Assembly (NCBI GenBank): GCA_905182185.1
Contig: CAJJAP010000003.1
Coordinates: 14,813-78,812, forward strand
DNA from: an uncultured Candidatus Poseidoniales archaeon
GTDB lineage: Archaea > Thermoplasmatota > Poseidoniia > Poseidoniales > Poseidoniaceae
Reading direction: 5' to 3'
DNA: 64,000 nucleotides
In this document: piece after piece, positions 1 through 11,329 of the stretch
How the letters are laid out: the number at the start of each line of letters is the position of its first letter
Numbering within the stretch: position 1 is the first letter of the stretch
Notes under the pieces: generated by a model
The model's input: the letters and a program-made list of their open reading frames with translations, nothing else
Told to the model about the DNA's origin: nothing
Database searches by the model: none
Program-made: the position numbers and the translations under genes

Positions 1-1
1 T

Positions 2-1561
2 CGCCCCGTTCACATGTTTGGTTGTGGGCATCCTATGCTTTTCCCAATGTCTATCGCACTAGGTGCTGATCTGTTTGATTCGGCAGCATACGCATTATTT
101 GCAAAGGATGGAAGACTTCTAACTCCATGGGGTACTGAAAAACTGATCAATCTTGTCGACTGGCCAGTCACTATGCCTTGTATTGCATATACCTCTCCTG
201 AAGAGGTTAGAAATTTGGATCCTGCAGAACAGGTCAAGGTTCTAGCCCGTTATAATTTAGAAGTTACACTTGCTGAATTATCAAGATGTAAGCAAGCGAT
301 TAGAGATGGAACAATATGGAGACTTGCTGAAAGACGCAGCCATCAACATCCAGCATTGCGCGAGGCCTTTTTATGGATTACAACAAGCCCAAATAAAGCA
401 GGGTTGTCAATGATTGACCTCGAAGAATTAGCGATTACAGACCGGGCTGCTGCAAGGGATAGAGATTCTACTAGAGGTTCTTGGGAGCACTCTTGGGATT
501 GGATAATCAGCGCCCAAGAATCCCCTAAAAAGGGAGGCGTATCTTGGGGAGGAGAAGACACATATTTCCGCCCTCACATAATTGAAGCAAGAAGGCAACT
601 AGCCTCTCGTTGGAGAGCCCCTGAGCCAGTAGGAAATGGTTCAGGAGATGTCCTGATTTTACATGGTCGCCCAGGTCCTTGGAGAGAAAGATGCAGTGAC
701 TTAATGACTCGACTGGCTCACCATGCAGAGGGAATGGAAGTAATGATTTTGACCCCTCTTGGACTATTGCCCTACAGTATGGAAGATTTGAATCCATTCT
801 CACATGTAACTGGACCTCAATGGATTTGGCGAAGAAGGCCGGATTTATCTTGGATAAGAAGAGAATTGGAACGATTCGAATTGGGCGACAGAAGGATTAT
901 ACTTTGTGATCTAGAAGGAGATGGAATTCAAACGAGATGCATGGAAACTCTTGTTGAAGCTGGCGTAATAAAATCAATTACCGATGAGGATGCTAGTGAA
1001 ATACCCCTTGAACAAGAAGGGCGAATCATTGCCACCAACAAAGTACGTTGCCGACATGTTAGTGACAAAATGACCGTCCTCCTCAATGTTGAATATGGAC
1101 TCGCTAAAGAATTGATTCAAGATGCAACTTTTGTCATCAATCGACATGGCAGAATAAAAAATGCAATGTCATCTTCTGGAAAACATATCGTAAGCCCGAG
1201 ATTAACCGATGGTGGCATCTCATTGACCGATGATGGTGCTGTAGAGTTGCACAGCCACAGAAGGCGAAAATGCCCTTCTGAGTTTGAGACCACACAATCA
1301 TGGAATTACATCGGAGAGGGCCCTGCATGGGTCGTTGTGAACGATGATGCAGAACCATTTGTTCGAAAGGGAAGGAATGTATTTCATGGATTCGTTTTGG
1401 CAACTGATCCATGGATCGCACCTGGAAGAACTTGTCTTATCGTAAATAAAAAGGGACAATTACTCGGACATGGAATTTCAAATTGCAACTCTGAAGAGTT
1501 TGCAACTTTCAGTAAAGGTATTGCTATAAAGACGCGTGGCGGATTACGTGAAAGCGTTTGA
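2..1561 (+). CDS. tgtA: Archaeosine tRNA-guanine(15) transglycosylase with C-terminal PUA domain (5'-truncated by window edge)
   Basis: Frame is open from base 2 (RPVHMFGCGHP); LGADLFDSAAYALFAKDGR TGT motif; RSHQHPAL; C-terminal PUA-like DAEPFVRKGRNVF...CLIVNKKGQLLGHG. Confidence 0.9.
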   Translation, partial: RPVHMFGCGHPMLFPMSIALGADLFDSAAYALFAKDGRLLTPWGTEKLINLVDWPVTMPCIAYTSPEEVRNLDPAEQVKVLARYNLEVTLAELSRCKQAIRDGTIWRLAERRSHQHPALREAFLWITTSPNKAGLSMIDLEELAITDRAAARDRDSTRGSWEHSWDWIISAQESPKKGGVSWGGEDTYFRPHIIEARRQLASRWRAPEPVGNGSGDVLILHGRPGPWRERCSDLMTRLAHHAEGMEVMILTPLGLLPYSMEDLNPFSHVTGPQWIWRRRPDLSWIRRELERFELGDRRIILCDLEGDGIQTRCMETLVEAGVIKSITDEDASEIPLEQEGRIIATNKVRCRHVSDKMTVLLNVEYGLAKELIQDATFVINRHGRIKNAMSSSGKHIVSPRLTDGGISLTDDGAVELHSHRRRKCPSEFETTQSWNYIGEGPAWVVVNDDAEPFVRKGRNVFHGFVLATDPWIAPGRTCLIVNKKGQLLGHGISNCNSEEFATFSKGIAIKTRGGLRESV

Positions 1562-1653
1562 ATCAAAAGTCTCTATCAGTGCTACGATAAACTACTCTTA
1601 ACGCGCAAGCATTGAAAGGTCGTCTTTAGCCTCACATAATTGAGGGGAACTGT

Positions 1654-2664
1654 TTGGAACCGGAGCGTATCATTCAAACTCAGGATTTATCAAAATTCTA
1701 TGGACCTCATATGGCTCTTGAAAACCTTAATTTGGACATTAAAAAGGGAGCCACGGGCCTTCTAGGACCTAATGGCGCAGGAAAATCAACATTTTTGAAA
1801 ACTATATTGGGCCTAATACAAGCAACTTCTGGTGAAGGAACTGTCCTGGGACACGACATCAGAACTGAAGGGGCCGCTATTCGTTCAAGGATTGGATACA
1901 TGCCAGAATATGATGCTTTGAACCCAGACATGGATGCAATAAATCAAGTGAGATACTCAGGAGAATTACTTGGAATGAATCCAATTGTAGCATTACAAAG
2001 GGCTCATGCATCATTGCAATACGTAGGTCTTGGAGAACAAAGATATAGAGAGATAAAATCATTTTCAACCGGCATGAAACAAGCTACTAAACTGGCATGC
2101 GCAATAATCCATGACCCTGAATTAATCATCGCTGACGAACCCAGCAATGGTCTAGATTCTAGTGCTCGTGAGTTTATGATTGACACCTTGATCAATACTG
2201 TCAAACAAGGTAACCGTTCAGTATTAATGGCATCGCATTTAATGGATGATGTTGAAAGAGTATGCGATGACATCGTACTATTGCACAAAGGTAAACTGGC
2301 AGCACAAGGACGTATAGAGGACTTGAAAGCGATAGATCGTGAAATAGAAATTCACGTTTGGGGTGGAGCATCTAAACTAGAGGCAGCAATGATTCAACGT
2401 GGAATGCGAGTCAGACGTGAGGGGCGAGTAATGAGAATCACCCACGAATCCGAAGAATTGACTAGTGAAATATTGCTCTGTGCATCTCAAGTAGGCGCTC
2501 AAATAAGAAGGATGCATGAGTATGAAGCATCCCTCGAAGATTTATTCTTGGTAATAATGGAAAACTTAGGCTATGATGTCAAAAGTAGTGAAGACTTGTT
2601 CAAGCATCCAATTCATGCAAGAAAAGTAGATGCTCCAGGGCACATGGGTGGTGGTGCTTCATGA
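1654..2664 (+). CDS. ABC transporter ATP-binding protein
   Basis: Walker [10 protein letters not shown], signature FSTGMKQ, Walker B IIADEP, H-loop SH. Confidence 0.95.
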   Translation: MEPERIIQTQDLSKFYGPHMALENLNLDIKKGATGLLGPNGAGKSTFLKTILGLIQATSGEGTVLGHDIRTEGAAIRSRIGYMPEYDALNPDMDAINQVRYSGELLGMNPIVALQRAHASLQYVGLGEQRYREIKSFSTGMKQATKLACAIIHDPELIIADEPSNGLDSSAREFMIDTLINTVKQGNRSVLMASHLMDDVERVCDDIVLLHKGKLAAQGRIEDLKAIDREIEIHVWGGASKLEAAMIQRGMRVRREGRVMRITHESEELTSEILLCASQVGAQIRRMHEYEASLEDLFLVIMENLGYDVKSSEDLFKHPIHARKVDAPGHMGGGAS

Positions 2665-3938
2665 GCGAAGATGAAGAGATTACACCTCACCCTCTCCCGT
2701 TGCCTCAACTACCGATTCCATTGACCCCACAACAAGTTCAGCCGGTTCATCCAGTTCAGCCTGTTCAACCAATTCAGCCAGTTCAGCCAGTTCAGCCGGT
2801 TCAGCCGGTTCAGCCTGTTCAACCAATTCAACCAGTTCAGCCAGTTCAACCTGTTCATCCAGTTCAGCCTGTTCAACCAATTCAGCCAGTTCAACCAGTT
2901 CAACAAATGCAACAAGAGGCAACCGAGGAGATACAGATGGCAACGGCGGAAGCACCTGTGACTGGCCAAGCACGAATGGATACTGCCTGGGGTTCAAGTG
3001 AAGGTGATGAAGATATTTCTGAAATGGCATCTATTGGCCAGAATGACACTGGTGAAATCTTTAAACAAAATTATGAACCATGGAGGGGGGAATTAAATCC
3101 CAGATGGATGCGTAATTGGGCAATACTACGGCACCATATTCTTGGTATTTTCAAAAAAGGTCATCGCCCATGGGGTATTCCAACAAGAATTTTCTTAGTC
3201 CTCGTATTCTTTGCATCATTATCGGATGCTGGACTCACTTTACTTGCATCGTTAATTGGAGACTCCGAATTCCATGGCTGGTGGGGTGTAAACAGAGACA
3301 ACCTCTACGGTCACGTACTCGGGTTTTTCCCACGCAATGTGATGTATTACCCGATAGTAGCAGCACTATTGGTAGGCGGAGTCATTTCCGAAGATCGTCT
3401 TCATGGAACTTCTGCACTTTACTTCTCCAGGCCGATTAATCGTTTTGATTATATTGGGATGAAGTATGCCTCTGTCGCATTTATCCAAGCAATAATTATC
3501 ATATTCACTCTCTTTTTGTACTATCTTACTGAGATAATTGCCTTTGGTCGAGGTTGGGCATGGATTGTAGATACATTTCCAATTTTCCTCGGTGCATTGA
3601 TGGGTGGTGTTCTGTTAATTATAACCTATACGAGCATAGGATTGGCTCTTTCCAGCGTATCCAAAGGTAAATTCTTCCCTGGAATTGGATTGCTAGCTAT
3701 TATTTTAGGAACTAAAACATTAGCAATAATTGTAAAGAATTTATTTGAGAGAGAGATACTATATCTTCTATCACCATATGATTGTTTGGCTCATGTTGGC
3801 CAAACATTAGTGAGGACTCAACCCACATATGACCAGTATTCTTGGACTTGGTCACTAGCATCGTTAATTGTAATGAATGCAATCGCACTGTATGTATTGA
3901 GTAGTCGCGTTTCATCTATGGAGGTGACTAGAGAATGA
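2661..3938 (+). CDS. ABC-2 type permease with N-terminal Pro/Val/Gln repeat
   Basis: About 6 hydrophobic segments; [26 protein letters not shown]-2 motif; ATGA overlap with the upstream ATPase. Confidence 0.85.
   Translation: MSEDEEITPHPLPLPQLPIPLTPQQVQPVHPVQPVQPIQPVQPVQPVQPVQPVQPIQPVQPVQPVHPVQPVQPIQPVQPVQQMQQEATEEIQMATAEAPVTGQARMDTAWGSSEGDEDISEMASIGQNDTGEIFKQNYEPWRGELNPRWMRNWAILRHHILGIFKKGHRPWGIPTRIFLVLVFFASLSDAGLTLLASLIGDSEFHGWWGVNRDNLYGHVLGFFPRNVMYYPIVAALLVGGVISEDRLHGTSALYFSRPINRFDYIGMKYASVAFIQAIIIIFTLFLYYLTEIIAFGRGWAWIVDTFPIFLGALMGGVLLIITYTSIGLALSSVSKGKFFPGIGLLAIILGTKTLAIIVKNLFEREILYLLSPYDCLAHVGQTLVRTQPTYDQYSWTWSLASLIVMNAIALYVLSSRVSSMEVTRE
2742..2903 (+). repeat. Coding tandem repeat, 18 x 9 bp (P-[VI]-[QH]) with 54-bp higher-order period
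   Basis: Units such as CCAGTTCAG, CCTGTTCAA, CCAATTCAG; PIQ recurs every sixth unit. Confidence 0.95.
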
Positions 3939-4928
3939 TGCCGGATATTCAACAGGTAGGAGAAGGGGAAACTCAACAGTGGGCGCCAAATGTTACCGCA
4001 CCTGTGGTATTGCTTGAGAATGTCTCCAAATCATATGGAAAAATTCACGCATTATCTGAAATCACTCTGGCATTATCCGGTGGTGTAACAGGAATATTAG
4101 GCTCCTAATGGTGCTGGCAAATCAACCCTATTCAATTTGCTAATGGGTAAATTGAAACCCTCGAGTGGAAGTATCAAACTATTCGGTACAGACCCATGGA
4201 AGAACCCTGCCCCATATGCAAGAGTAGGTTTCGTTCCAGAGCATGAGAAAATGCACGATTGGATGACTGCCCATGGATTTGTATCATTATTTGCTAGATT
4301 GAACGGATTGACAAGAGAAGAAGCGAAATCTGAAGCCGACAGAGTGCTAAACTTTGTTGGTTTAACCGATGTTGCACATAAACAACTTGGGCGTTATTCA
4401 AAAGGAATGCGGCAGAGAGTTAAAATTGCCCATGCACTGGTAAATGACCCGGAGTTAATCGTATTGGATGAACCGTTACAAGGATGTGACCCACTTGCCC
4501 GAACCACGATAATGAATGTCATTAGAGAGTTAGGAAAAATGGGCCGTACCGTTTTGGTCAGCAGCCACATCCTAAATGAAATTGAACGAATCACTGAGCA
4601 AATCGTCATCCTTCACAACGGGCGTTTACTCGCTTTAGGAAACCTTCATGCAATCAGAGAAAAGATGGATAATATACCGCATACAATTAGTATCGGTTGT
4701 GAAAATCCAAAGGAATTAGCCAAGGACATTATCAATAATGCTGCAGTCTATGGCATCAGTTTTCCTAGTGGAGATCGTCTACAAATTCAAACACATAATC
4801 TAAATGCCGTCCATAGGGAATTACCTGCTTTGATTGTGACTAATGGGCACAAAGTCTCGTCGATTGATAATCCGGATGATGATTTGGAATCGATCTTAAA
4901 TCACCTAACTGGAGGTCTAGCCCGATGA
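3935..4928 (+). CDS. Second ABC ATP-binding protein, one frameshift at ~4103
   Basis: ATG 3935 reads MMPDIQ...[14 protein letters not shown]...GVTGILG; after one extra base the other frame continues PNGAGKST; YSKGMRQ and LDEP follow. Confidence 0.9.
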
Positions 4929-6253
4929 TGTCTCCACCGAAAAAAGATAATGTCTTTAGGGCTTTGGACAGGAAACTCGGCGCTGTTGCAGAATTTACTA
5001 TGAGGCAATATCGTACCAAATTATCTACTTGGGTAATATTGGGAGTTGGAGCTATTGCAATATTTATCGTAGTATTATTCTATGTTGATTCAATGCAACA
5101 AGAAATTGAAGCGATTGATAATGATGGCGACTCTATGGATTGGGATGGCGATGGATATCCGACTGGCCAAGAACGAATACATGGAACAGACCCCGATAAC
5201 CCAGAATCTCATCCTGGAACATTCAATCCCCCGATTGCCCCTGACCCACCTGAGAAATGGATCAATGAAGATGATTTCGATTGGGACCTGACTGCGAGTG
5301 GAGACACTACTGCAGGCTACGATGATGATGGAGATTGCCGACTTGCCGATTCAACTCAGAGTCAAAAAGATAATAATCGGAATAATATTGAATGTGATAT
5401 CATCTTAGATTATAATGAAATGAGGGGGGAATGGTCCGAGCCTAATAGTGATAGACTCGTCGATGAAGACCCCGATGAAGAAAAATATGCCAAAGAGGCC
5501 ATCCATCGAGCATTTTTGTTGGCAATCGGTAAAATGGGATTCGTATTCTTGCTAGGTATTTTCCTACCTTTATTCTTAGCAACTGGGCTGATTCGTGAAG
5601 AGATGGACAATTCAACGATACATTTCATGCTTGCAAAACCAATTGCTAGACGTGATATATTCCTTGGCAGGATTGTAGGATATTTAGGGATTGTATGGCC
5701 ATATATCATTGGAATGGGCATAATAGTCGCAATCATTTCCGGTTTTGCTGGACCTGGTGATAGTTTTTTTAGATTTGCAGACCTCGGAATGTGGATGGCT
5801 ATAATATTCGCAACAATGTTAGCAACATTAGTTTATGGCATGTTATTCTGTGCACTTGGAACCCTGTGGAAACGGGGTATTATACTCGCACTTCCATTTG
5901 CTGCATGGGAATTAGGAATGGCGATACTATCCTTCGGGGCCCCTTCTACATCAATACTCAGATTTTCTGTTATTGGTTGGTCACTAAATATTATCGATGC
6001 CGCATCTTTGGTTGTTTGGCCTAATATGGGCCTATTCATCAGCATGGGGATGTGGGGCGGCGGACATGGTGGCGGTGGTATGTGGGATGATTCACTTGAG
6101 GGTGCAAATGCTTTGAGTGCCTTTGCATCTGATACTGGATTAGGAATTAGCCCAATAGCAACAATTGTAGTTTCCACGCTTGTATTATTATTCCAAGCAG
6201 CAGTTCTGTGGCTAGTCGGTTCTGCAATTTTCAAAGGGAAGGAAATTGAATGA
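4925..6253 (+). CDS. ABC-2 type permease with large acidic Ca2+-binding-like (TSP3-type) loop
   Basis: IREEMDNSTIHFMLAKPIARRDIFLGR ABC-2 motif; DNDGD..DWDGDGYPTGQE..GTDPDNPES loop after the first TM helix. Confidence 0.8.
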   Translation: MMSPPKKDNVFRALDRKLGAVAEFTMRQYRTKLSTWVILGVGAIAIFIVVLFYVDSMQQEIEAIDNDGDSMDWDGDGYPTGQERIHGTDPDNPESHPGTFNPPIAPDPPEKWINEDDFDWDLTASGDTTAGYDDDGDCRLADSTQSQKDNNRNNIECDIILDYNEMRGEWSEPNSDRLVDEDPDEEKYAKEAIHRAFLLAIGKMGFVFLLGIFLPLFLATGLIREEMDNSTIHFMLAKPIARRDIFLGRIVGYLGIVWPYIIGMGIIVAIISGFAGPGDSFFRFADLGMWMAIIFATMLATLVYGMLFCALGTLWKRGIILALPFAAWELGMAILSFGAPSTSILRFSVIGWSLNIIDAASLVVWPNMGLFISMGMWGGGHGGGGMWDDSLEGANALSAFASDTGLGISPIATIVVSTLVLLFQAAVLWLVGSAIFKGKEIE

Positions 6254-7458
6254 GCCAAGATATACCCACTTTTAGTGGCGATTTGACGCGGATGTGGAAT
6301 TTACAAGAAAGACCACCATTGCAGCACCTCACTTGGGATTGGTGGTGGTGGCTAGTGATGCTTGATGACCATGAAGGGAATCCAAGCGGTAAACAATTGA
6401 TGGTACTTTGGTCCACAAAGGACAATGCTATCGTTGATGTAAATGGAAGCCCTTGGACTCCAAAAGGCAGACCTGGCTTTGATGATGATGGAGCGATTGC
6501 ATTGGATGGAATGGTCTGTGCATGGTGGTTTGATGGAAAACAAATGCACGAACCTATAATCAAAAGAATCTGTAAAATGATTGCAATACCTGATACTCAC
6601 CCACAATGGCCACTGACCGACGATGCCACTACTGGCCAAGGTGGTGGGGCTGTTATTCCGCTATTAGGCGAAGATCTGTCGATGGGTTTGAAATCAGACC
6701 TTAGTGAATTTTGGATTAATTTGGTAACCGATAAAGAAATGTGTGGAGATAATGTGCCCACTGATTTCAAACTAAAGTTAACCCCATGGAATCAAGCAAT
6801 GTCTACCGCGAGGAGAGCAAGTGCCACTTATGCGGCCAATATGGGATACGATATTCTTCGACTACATGGTACCAAAGTAGCTGGCACATTGGATGATGAA
6901 CAGGTGTCCGGAACTGCATATTTCCAAAAAGTATGCGTTCAGGCCCCATCGGTCCCATGGTATTGGGGAGTATTACACTTGGATGATGGTTCGTATATCG
7001 ATTGGTTCATCCCCCATGCATCCTTAACAGTAAGTGCTAGAGATAACAGACCGTGGAAGAAAAGAGATATTGGGCATATTGCATTGAGCCAAGGTGGTCT
7101 ATTCCATGATGCAAAGAACAAACGTAGTGAGAAGTTTACAAAAGTCACTGTTACAAAGACGGCAGGTGCTAATCTTGAAGGTGACCATGCCCATTACCCC
7201 GGTGCACCATTACCGGTTTTTGAGATTCACATGCATAATGGTAGAACTGATATCAAATTGCAAGTGGAGGCTATTGAAAGAGCTAATTGGACTTTTGACC
7301 AGCCAACTAGAGGGGGAATGCAATCACATTTGACCTATAATGAATACCCCCTCAAATTAAATAAATTAATTATTCAAGATGAAACTGGAACAAGAACTGA
7401 GTCGGAATACAAGTGGGCAAGAGGGAATGCTGAACATTCTTGGGGCCTACTTCACTGA
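6250..7458 (+). CDS. Trp-rich hypothetical protein, possibly tocopherol cyclase/AttH-like beta fold
   Basis: 402-aa ORF coupled by ATGA overlap; WDWWWW, GTAYFQKV, PWYWG motifs. Confidence 0.5.
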   Translation: MSQDIPTFSGDLTRMWNLQERPPLQHLTWDWWWWLVMLDDHEGNPSGKQLMVLWSTKDNAIVDVNGSPWTPKGRPGFDDDGAIALDGMVCAWWFDGKQMHEPIIKRICKMIAIPDTHPQWPLTDDATTGQGGGAVIPLLGEDLSMGLKSDLSEFWINLVTDKEMCGDNVPTDFKLKLTPWNQAMSTARRASATYAANMGYDILRLHGTKVAGTLDDEQVSGTAYFQKVCVQAPSVPWYWGVLHLDDGSYIDWFIPHASLTVSARDNRPWKKRDIGHIALSQGGLFHDAKNKRSEKFTKVTVTKTAGANLEGDHAHYPGAPLPVFEIHMHNGRTDIKLQVEAIERANWTFDQPTRGGMQSHLTYNEYPLKLNKLIIQDETGTRTESEYKWARGNAEHSWGLLH

Positions 7459-7526
7459 TAAAATGGGCAAATATGGCAAAAGGTTCATCAATAACGGCGT
7501 ACCAAACATTACATAGTGGCGTTTCT

Positions 7527-8576
7527 ATGACTCAAGAAGAAGTAACAGAAGAAATAATTGAAGAACTTAATGAAGAGGTCGCAAATACCGACAAAACAAG
7601 TTCTGAAGCAAGCATTGATGCTAAGCAAAAAAAACTTGCTACAAAATTTTTAACTATTCCCGGTGAAGAAATTTTACTTACCAAACAACCTAGTATCTTT
7701 GCCTTCCTTGGAATGTATGTTTTGGGTTTGATCGTTCTTGGCGTTCATTTACTATTTGGCCAAGCGGACTTATTGGGTGATAGTGATTCAAGTGGACTAG
7801 TGAAAGTTATTCTTTGGATAGTAGATATAAGTGGCGGAGAAACTGTACCTTTCGGATTTGTAATGACAATGTTGTTCGTCACATGGTTAAACAGACTGAT
7901 GAACATGTCCACTTCTGGAAGATGGGTTACAACTTGGTTACTAATAGTAACATTTACTCCAATTATTATTCAAATCGATGATGTAATATATTTCATCACA
8001 GATCTTTTCGGAGAACCAATCGGTGGATTTATACCAGATGTCATAAGTTATAATTATACAGTATTTGGATTGATATTTGCATCAATGTTTTGGGGATTGA
8101 CTTATTATTTCCAGAAGAGTTTCCACTATGCAATTACTTCTGATGCAGTAATATTTCAGCATCGATTTTTATTGTCTCATTCAAGAAGAAGAATTCTTTA
8201 CGATAGAATCTCTGAAGTGATTGAAGAAAGAAATCCAATGGGCATGATATTGGGTTATTCAACTCTAACTATTCTAACAGATACCGGAATCGGCCTAGTA
8301 GAAGAAACAATTGGAGTGGGAGCAGGTACCACCTTACCTGGAACCTCAAAGAATGATTCCGATTCTGCTGCTGCATCTGCAGGAAAGACATGGATTCGCA
8401 GTCTTATTGGATTGATGACATATCAAAGAACTGTCACTAGAGTTGTAGCTGATCCTAAGAACTGTTTTTATTCTATTCGTAAATCCAATAAGACTAAATT
8501 ATTAGTCGATGAAATGCACAAAAAGCACTCTTCCTCAAGTTTATTATCTGATTTAAAGGATTCATTAACTCAATGA
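7527..8576 (+). CDS. Membrane protein with bacterial PH (bPH_2-like) domain
   Basis: PGEEIL...P start; TM helices; YAITSDAVIF...ILYDRISEV...MILGYSTLTILT pattern; ATG 7527 preferred over 7440. Confidence 0.65.
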   Translation: MTQEEVTEEIIEELNEEVANTDKTSSEASIDAKQKKLATKFLTIPGEEILLTKQPSIFAFLGMYVLGLIVLGVHLLFGQADLLGDSDSSGLVKVILWIVDISGGETVPFGFVMTMLFVTWLNRLMNMSTSGRWVTTWLLIVTFTPIIIQIDDVIYFITDLFGEPIGGFIPDVISYNYTVFGLIFASMFWGLTYYFQKSFHYAITSDAVIFQHRFLLSHSRRRILYDRISEVIEERNPMGMILGYSTLTILTDTGIGLVEETIGVGAGTTLPGTSKNDSDSAAASAGKTWIRSLIGLMTYQRTVTRVVADPKNCFYSIRKSNKTKLLVDEMHKKHSSSSLLSDLKDSLTQ

Positions 8577-8656
8577 ATCATGATTAATCTACAACTGTTT
8601 AGAGCGAGTCATTGAAGAACCTCTAGCCCTTCACATGTATTGTTGGAGATGACACT

Positions 8657-9175
8657 ATGAGCGAGGAATTATTACAAACAGCCATTGATTTATTCAATCA
8701 AGGAAATATCGATGGCGCTATTGAGCACCTAGAATCTAAGTTACCGGACAATCCAGATAACGCACAAATGCACCACATGTATGCTGAATTTGCAAATATG
8801 AAGAATTCAGAGGCACAAGACGATGTAATTCCTGGCCGCAAAATAATGATGATGTACAAAAAAGCAATGGAACTCGATGAAGAAAACATGGAATATATTG
8901 CTGACTTCGCTGCATTTGCGCTTGAGTGTCGCCGTATACCAGTAGCAGTAAAAGAATTCCAACGCTATGCACGCCGTCTTGAACTTGAGGACATTCCAAT
9001 TGATGAAATTCTTTTCACCGCTAGCCGCAATATTGTTGATGCGATTGAAGTGATGGACCCTAGTAAGAAAAACCCAATGGTTCAACCTTGGCTTCAACAG
9101 GCTCTGATTTGGGCTGTTGGCGGTCTAGGATACAGCAAGGACGAAGCTGTAGAAATGATGAATCGCGAAATTTGA
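8657..9175 (+). CDS. TPR-like helical repeat protein
   Basis: AIDLFNQGNIDGAIEHL..PDNAQ and YKKAMELDEEN TPR patterns; GGAGA upstream. Confidence 0.65.
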   Translation: MSEELLQTAIDLFNQGNIDGAIEHLESKLPDNPDNAQMHHMYAEFANMKNSEAQDDVIPGRKIMMMYKKAMELDEENMEYIADFAAFALECRRIPVAVKEFQRYARRLELEDIPIDEILFTASRNIVDAIEVMDPSKKNPMVQPWLQQALIWAVGGLGYSKDEAVEMMNREI

Positions 9176-9184
9176 GGTGAGGAT

Positions 9185-10099
9185 TTGACAGGCGAGACTG
9201 TGAAGCTCGCCTTTAGAATTGGATACTTGGGCAGTGGATTCCATGGTAGCCAAATCCAACCTGATGTAAAGACAGTTCAAGGAGAATTAGTCCGCGTATT
9301 TCAAAGTCTCAAATGGATTGATGGAAATATCACAGAACATAATTTAGTTCTTTCAAGCCGCACTGATGCAGGGGTCAATGTCAGAGTAAATGGTGGAGCA
9401 GTAACCTTAAAAAAAGGTTTATGGGAGTCTTTAGGTGCCAAAAAAATGATTCGTGCTATCGATGATCGTCTATGTGAAGGAATCTCATTTCTTGATGTAA
9501 TTGAAGTTGCAGATGATTGGAATCCAAGACTGGCACAATATCGTGTATACCGTTATAGAATTGAGGGCATTGAATTCTGGAAATATCCAGGCGATGTATT
9601 TACCGAATATTGTAATCTATTCACAGGGACATATGATGCTTCCAACTTCGCACGGATAGAGGAAGGTAAGGAACCGATGCGAACAATTCTTTCCTGCTCC
9701 CCATGGATAGTAAATAATCGAGTTGTTGGTTTTGAAATCGTTGGTTTGGCTTTCTTATGGAATCAAGTTCGCAGAACTGCAAATGCAATCTTCAAAATGT
9801 CAATAGGTGATTTAACTATTGAACAGGTAAAACAGGCAATTCAGAAACCAGAAGTAACAGTTGATTTTGGTGTAGCACCACCAGAATGGCTAATCTTGTG
9901 GGGCGTAAGTTGGCAACAATTACCGCTACCAGACCCTACTACTGAGCCCCATTTTACATCAGTACCAGAAGGAAGAGTCGCTGAGAGAACAATGCGCAAA
10001 CGCTGGAGATTGGCAGCGGAGCATGAAATGAAATCCTTGCTCTACAATGAATGGGCTGCAATTGGCGAGTTACCAATAACGCACCATCGTAATTCTTGA
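9185..10099 (+). CDS. truA: tRNA pseudouridine(38-40) synthase
   Basis: GYLGSGFHGSQIQPDVKTVQGEL, SRTDAGV, AFLWNQVR. Confidence 0.93.
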   Translation: MTGETVKLAFRIGYLGSGFHGSQIQPDVKTVQGELVRVFQSLKWIDGNITEHNLVLSSRTDAGVNVRVNGGAVTLKKGLWESLGAKKMIRAIDDRLCEGISFLDVIEVADDWNPRLAQYRVYRYRIEGIEFWKYPGDVFTEYCNLFTGTYDASNFARIEEGKEPMRTILSCSPWIVNNRVVGFEIVGLAFLWNQVRRTANAIFKMSIGDLTIEQVKQAIQKPEVTVDFGVAPPEWLILWGVSWQQLPLPDPTTEPHFTSVPEGRVAERTMRKRWRLAAEHEMKSLLYNEWAAIGELPITHHRNS

Positions 10100-10100
10100 A

Positions 10101-11321
10101 TCAAATCAAGTCTAATGTTGGGCCAACTTTTTCAAATAAGCGTAATACTTCATCTAGATCATCTCTTGTCAAACCAGATGACATCTGAGTTCTAATTCTT
10201 GCTTTATCTCGTGCAACCATTGGGAACACGATTGAACCTGCCATTACCCCTTCTTTACCCAAAGCAGCGGTCATGGTTTTTGCAACGCTTGATTCACCGC
10301 ACATCACTGGAATAATTGGAGTTGTTGACACCCCTGTGTCAAAACCAAGTGATTGTAATTCCTTACGGAAATAATGAGTGTTCTCCCACAGCCTAGCATG
10401 ATGTTGAGGCTCACTCATCAGAACTTCAATTGCGGCTTTTTGTGCAGCAGCAACTCCTGGTGGTTGTGAACCTGAAAGAAGCCATGAACGTGAATGATTG
10501 AGTGCATGAGTCCTAGTCATCTCCGTTCCTGCAACGATACCGCCTTGTACACCCAGTGCTTTAGAGAATGAACCGATTTCAAAATCAACTTTACCCTGTA
10601 ATTTGAAGTGGTCTACGATTCCAGCACCTGTATCGCCCAGAACTCCTTCACCATGGCAATCATCGACGTAAATCATCGCATCATATTCCTCTGCCAATGC
10701 ATGAACTTCATCCAGAGGAGCAATATCACCGTCCATTGAAAAGACACCGTCAGTGATAATTAATTTACGAACTGAATCTTGGTGTGATTTCAATACCGCC
10801 TCTAATTCCCCCATGTCATTATGAGCATAAACTCCTCTAGCCGCCTTTGTTAATCGTACACCATCGATAATTGAGCCGTGATTTAATGAATCAGAGATGA
10901 TCACATCATCTGCCCCTGAAACCAGAGTAGGAATCAATCCTACATTTGCTGTATAACCTGCTGAATAAATCAGTGCAGATTCAACACCTTTGAACTGTGC
11001 AACTTTTTGTTCTGCTTCTAAATGAATATCCATTGTTCCGGCAATCGCTCGAACAGAACCGCTCCCTACACCATATTTTATAGTGGCATCAAGCATTGCT
11101 TGGACCACTTTCGGGTGAGTTGTTAAATTCAAATAGTTATTTGCCGAGAGCATAATAGTTGGTTTACCATCTATCTGGCATCTCGGCATATTTGCACCTT
11201 GTAAAGTAGGCGGTTCCCATAATAATGACTTCTCATCTAACTCATCAAAACGGTCTTTCATCCACGACATATCACCTGGCATATGGTTCCCCTCATTCAT
11301 AGGACCTTGGCGGCCCTTCAT
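10101..11321 (-). CDS. kbl: Glycine C-acetyltransferase / AONS family PLP enzyme (class II aminotransferase)
   Basis: LSANNYLNL, DSLNHGSIIDG, ITDGVFSMDGD, VDDCHGEG, GSFSKALG; true start may be a later Met. Confidence 0.8.
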   Translation of the reverse strand: MKGRQGPMNEGNHMPGDMSWMKDRFDELDEKSLLWEPPTLQGANMPRCQIDGKPTIMLSANNYLNLTTHPKVVQAMLDATIKYGVGSGSVRAIAGTMDIHLEAEQKVAQFKGVESALIYSAGYTANVGLIPTLVSGADDVIISDSLNHGSIIDGVRLTKAARGVYAHNDMGELEAVLKSHQDSVRKLIITDGVFSMDGDIAPLDEVHALAEEYDAMIYVDDCHGEGVLGDTGAGIVDHFKLQGKVDFEIGSFSKALGVQGGIVAGTEMTRTHALNHSRSWLLSGSQPPGVAAAQKAAIEVLMSEPQHHARLWENTHYFRKELQSLGFDTGVSTTPIIPVMCGESSVAKTMTAALGKEGVMAGSIVFPMVARDKARIRTQMSSGLTRDDLDEVLRLFEKVGPTLDLI

Positions 11322-11329
11322 GTTCTTTC

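Noticed and set aside
2742-2903. Possible CRISPR array
   Set aside because: Contiguous 9-bp coding units with no spacers, and no cas genes in the window
2680-3030. Antisense ORFs with LNW/LNR or AEL/VEL repeats
   Set aside because: They are shadows of the PVQ repeat inside the permease gene
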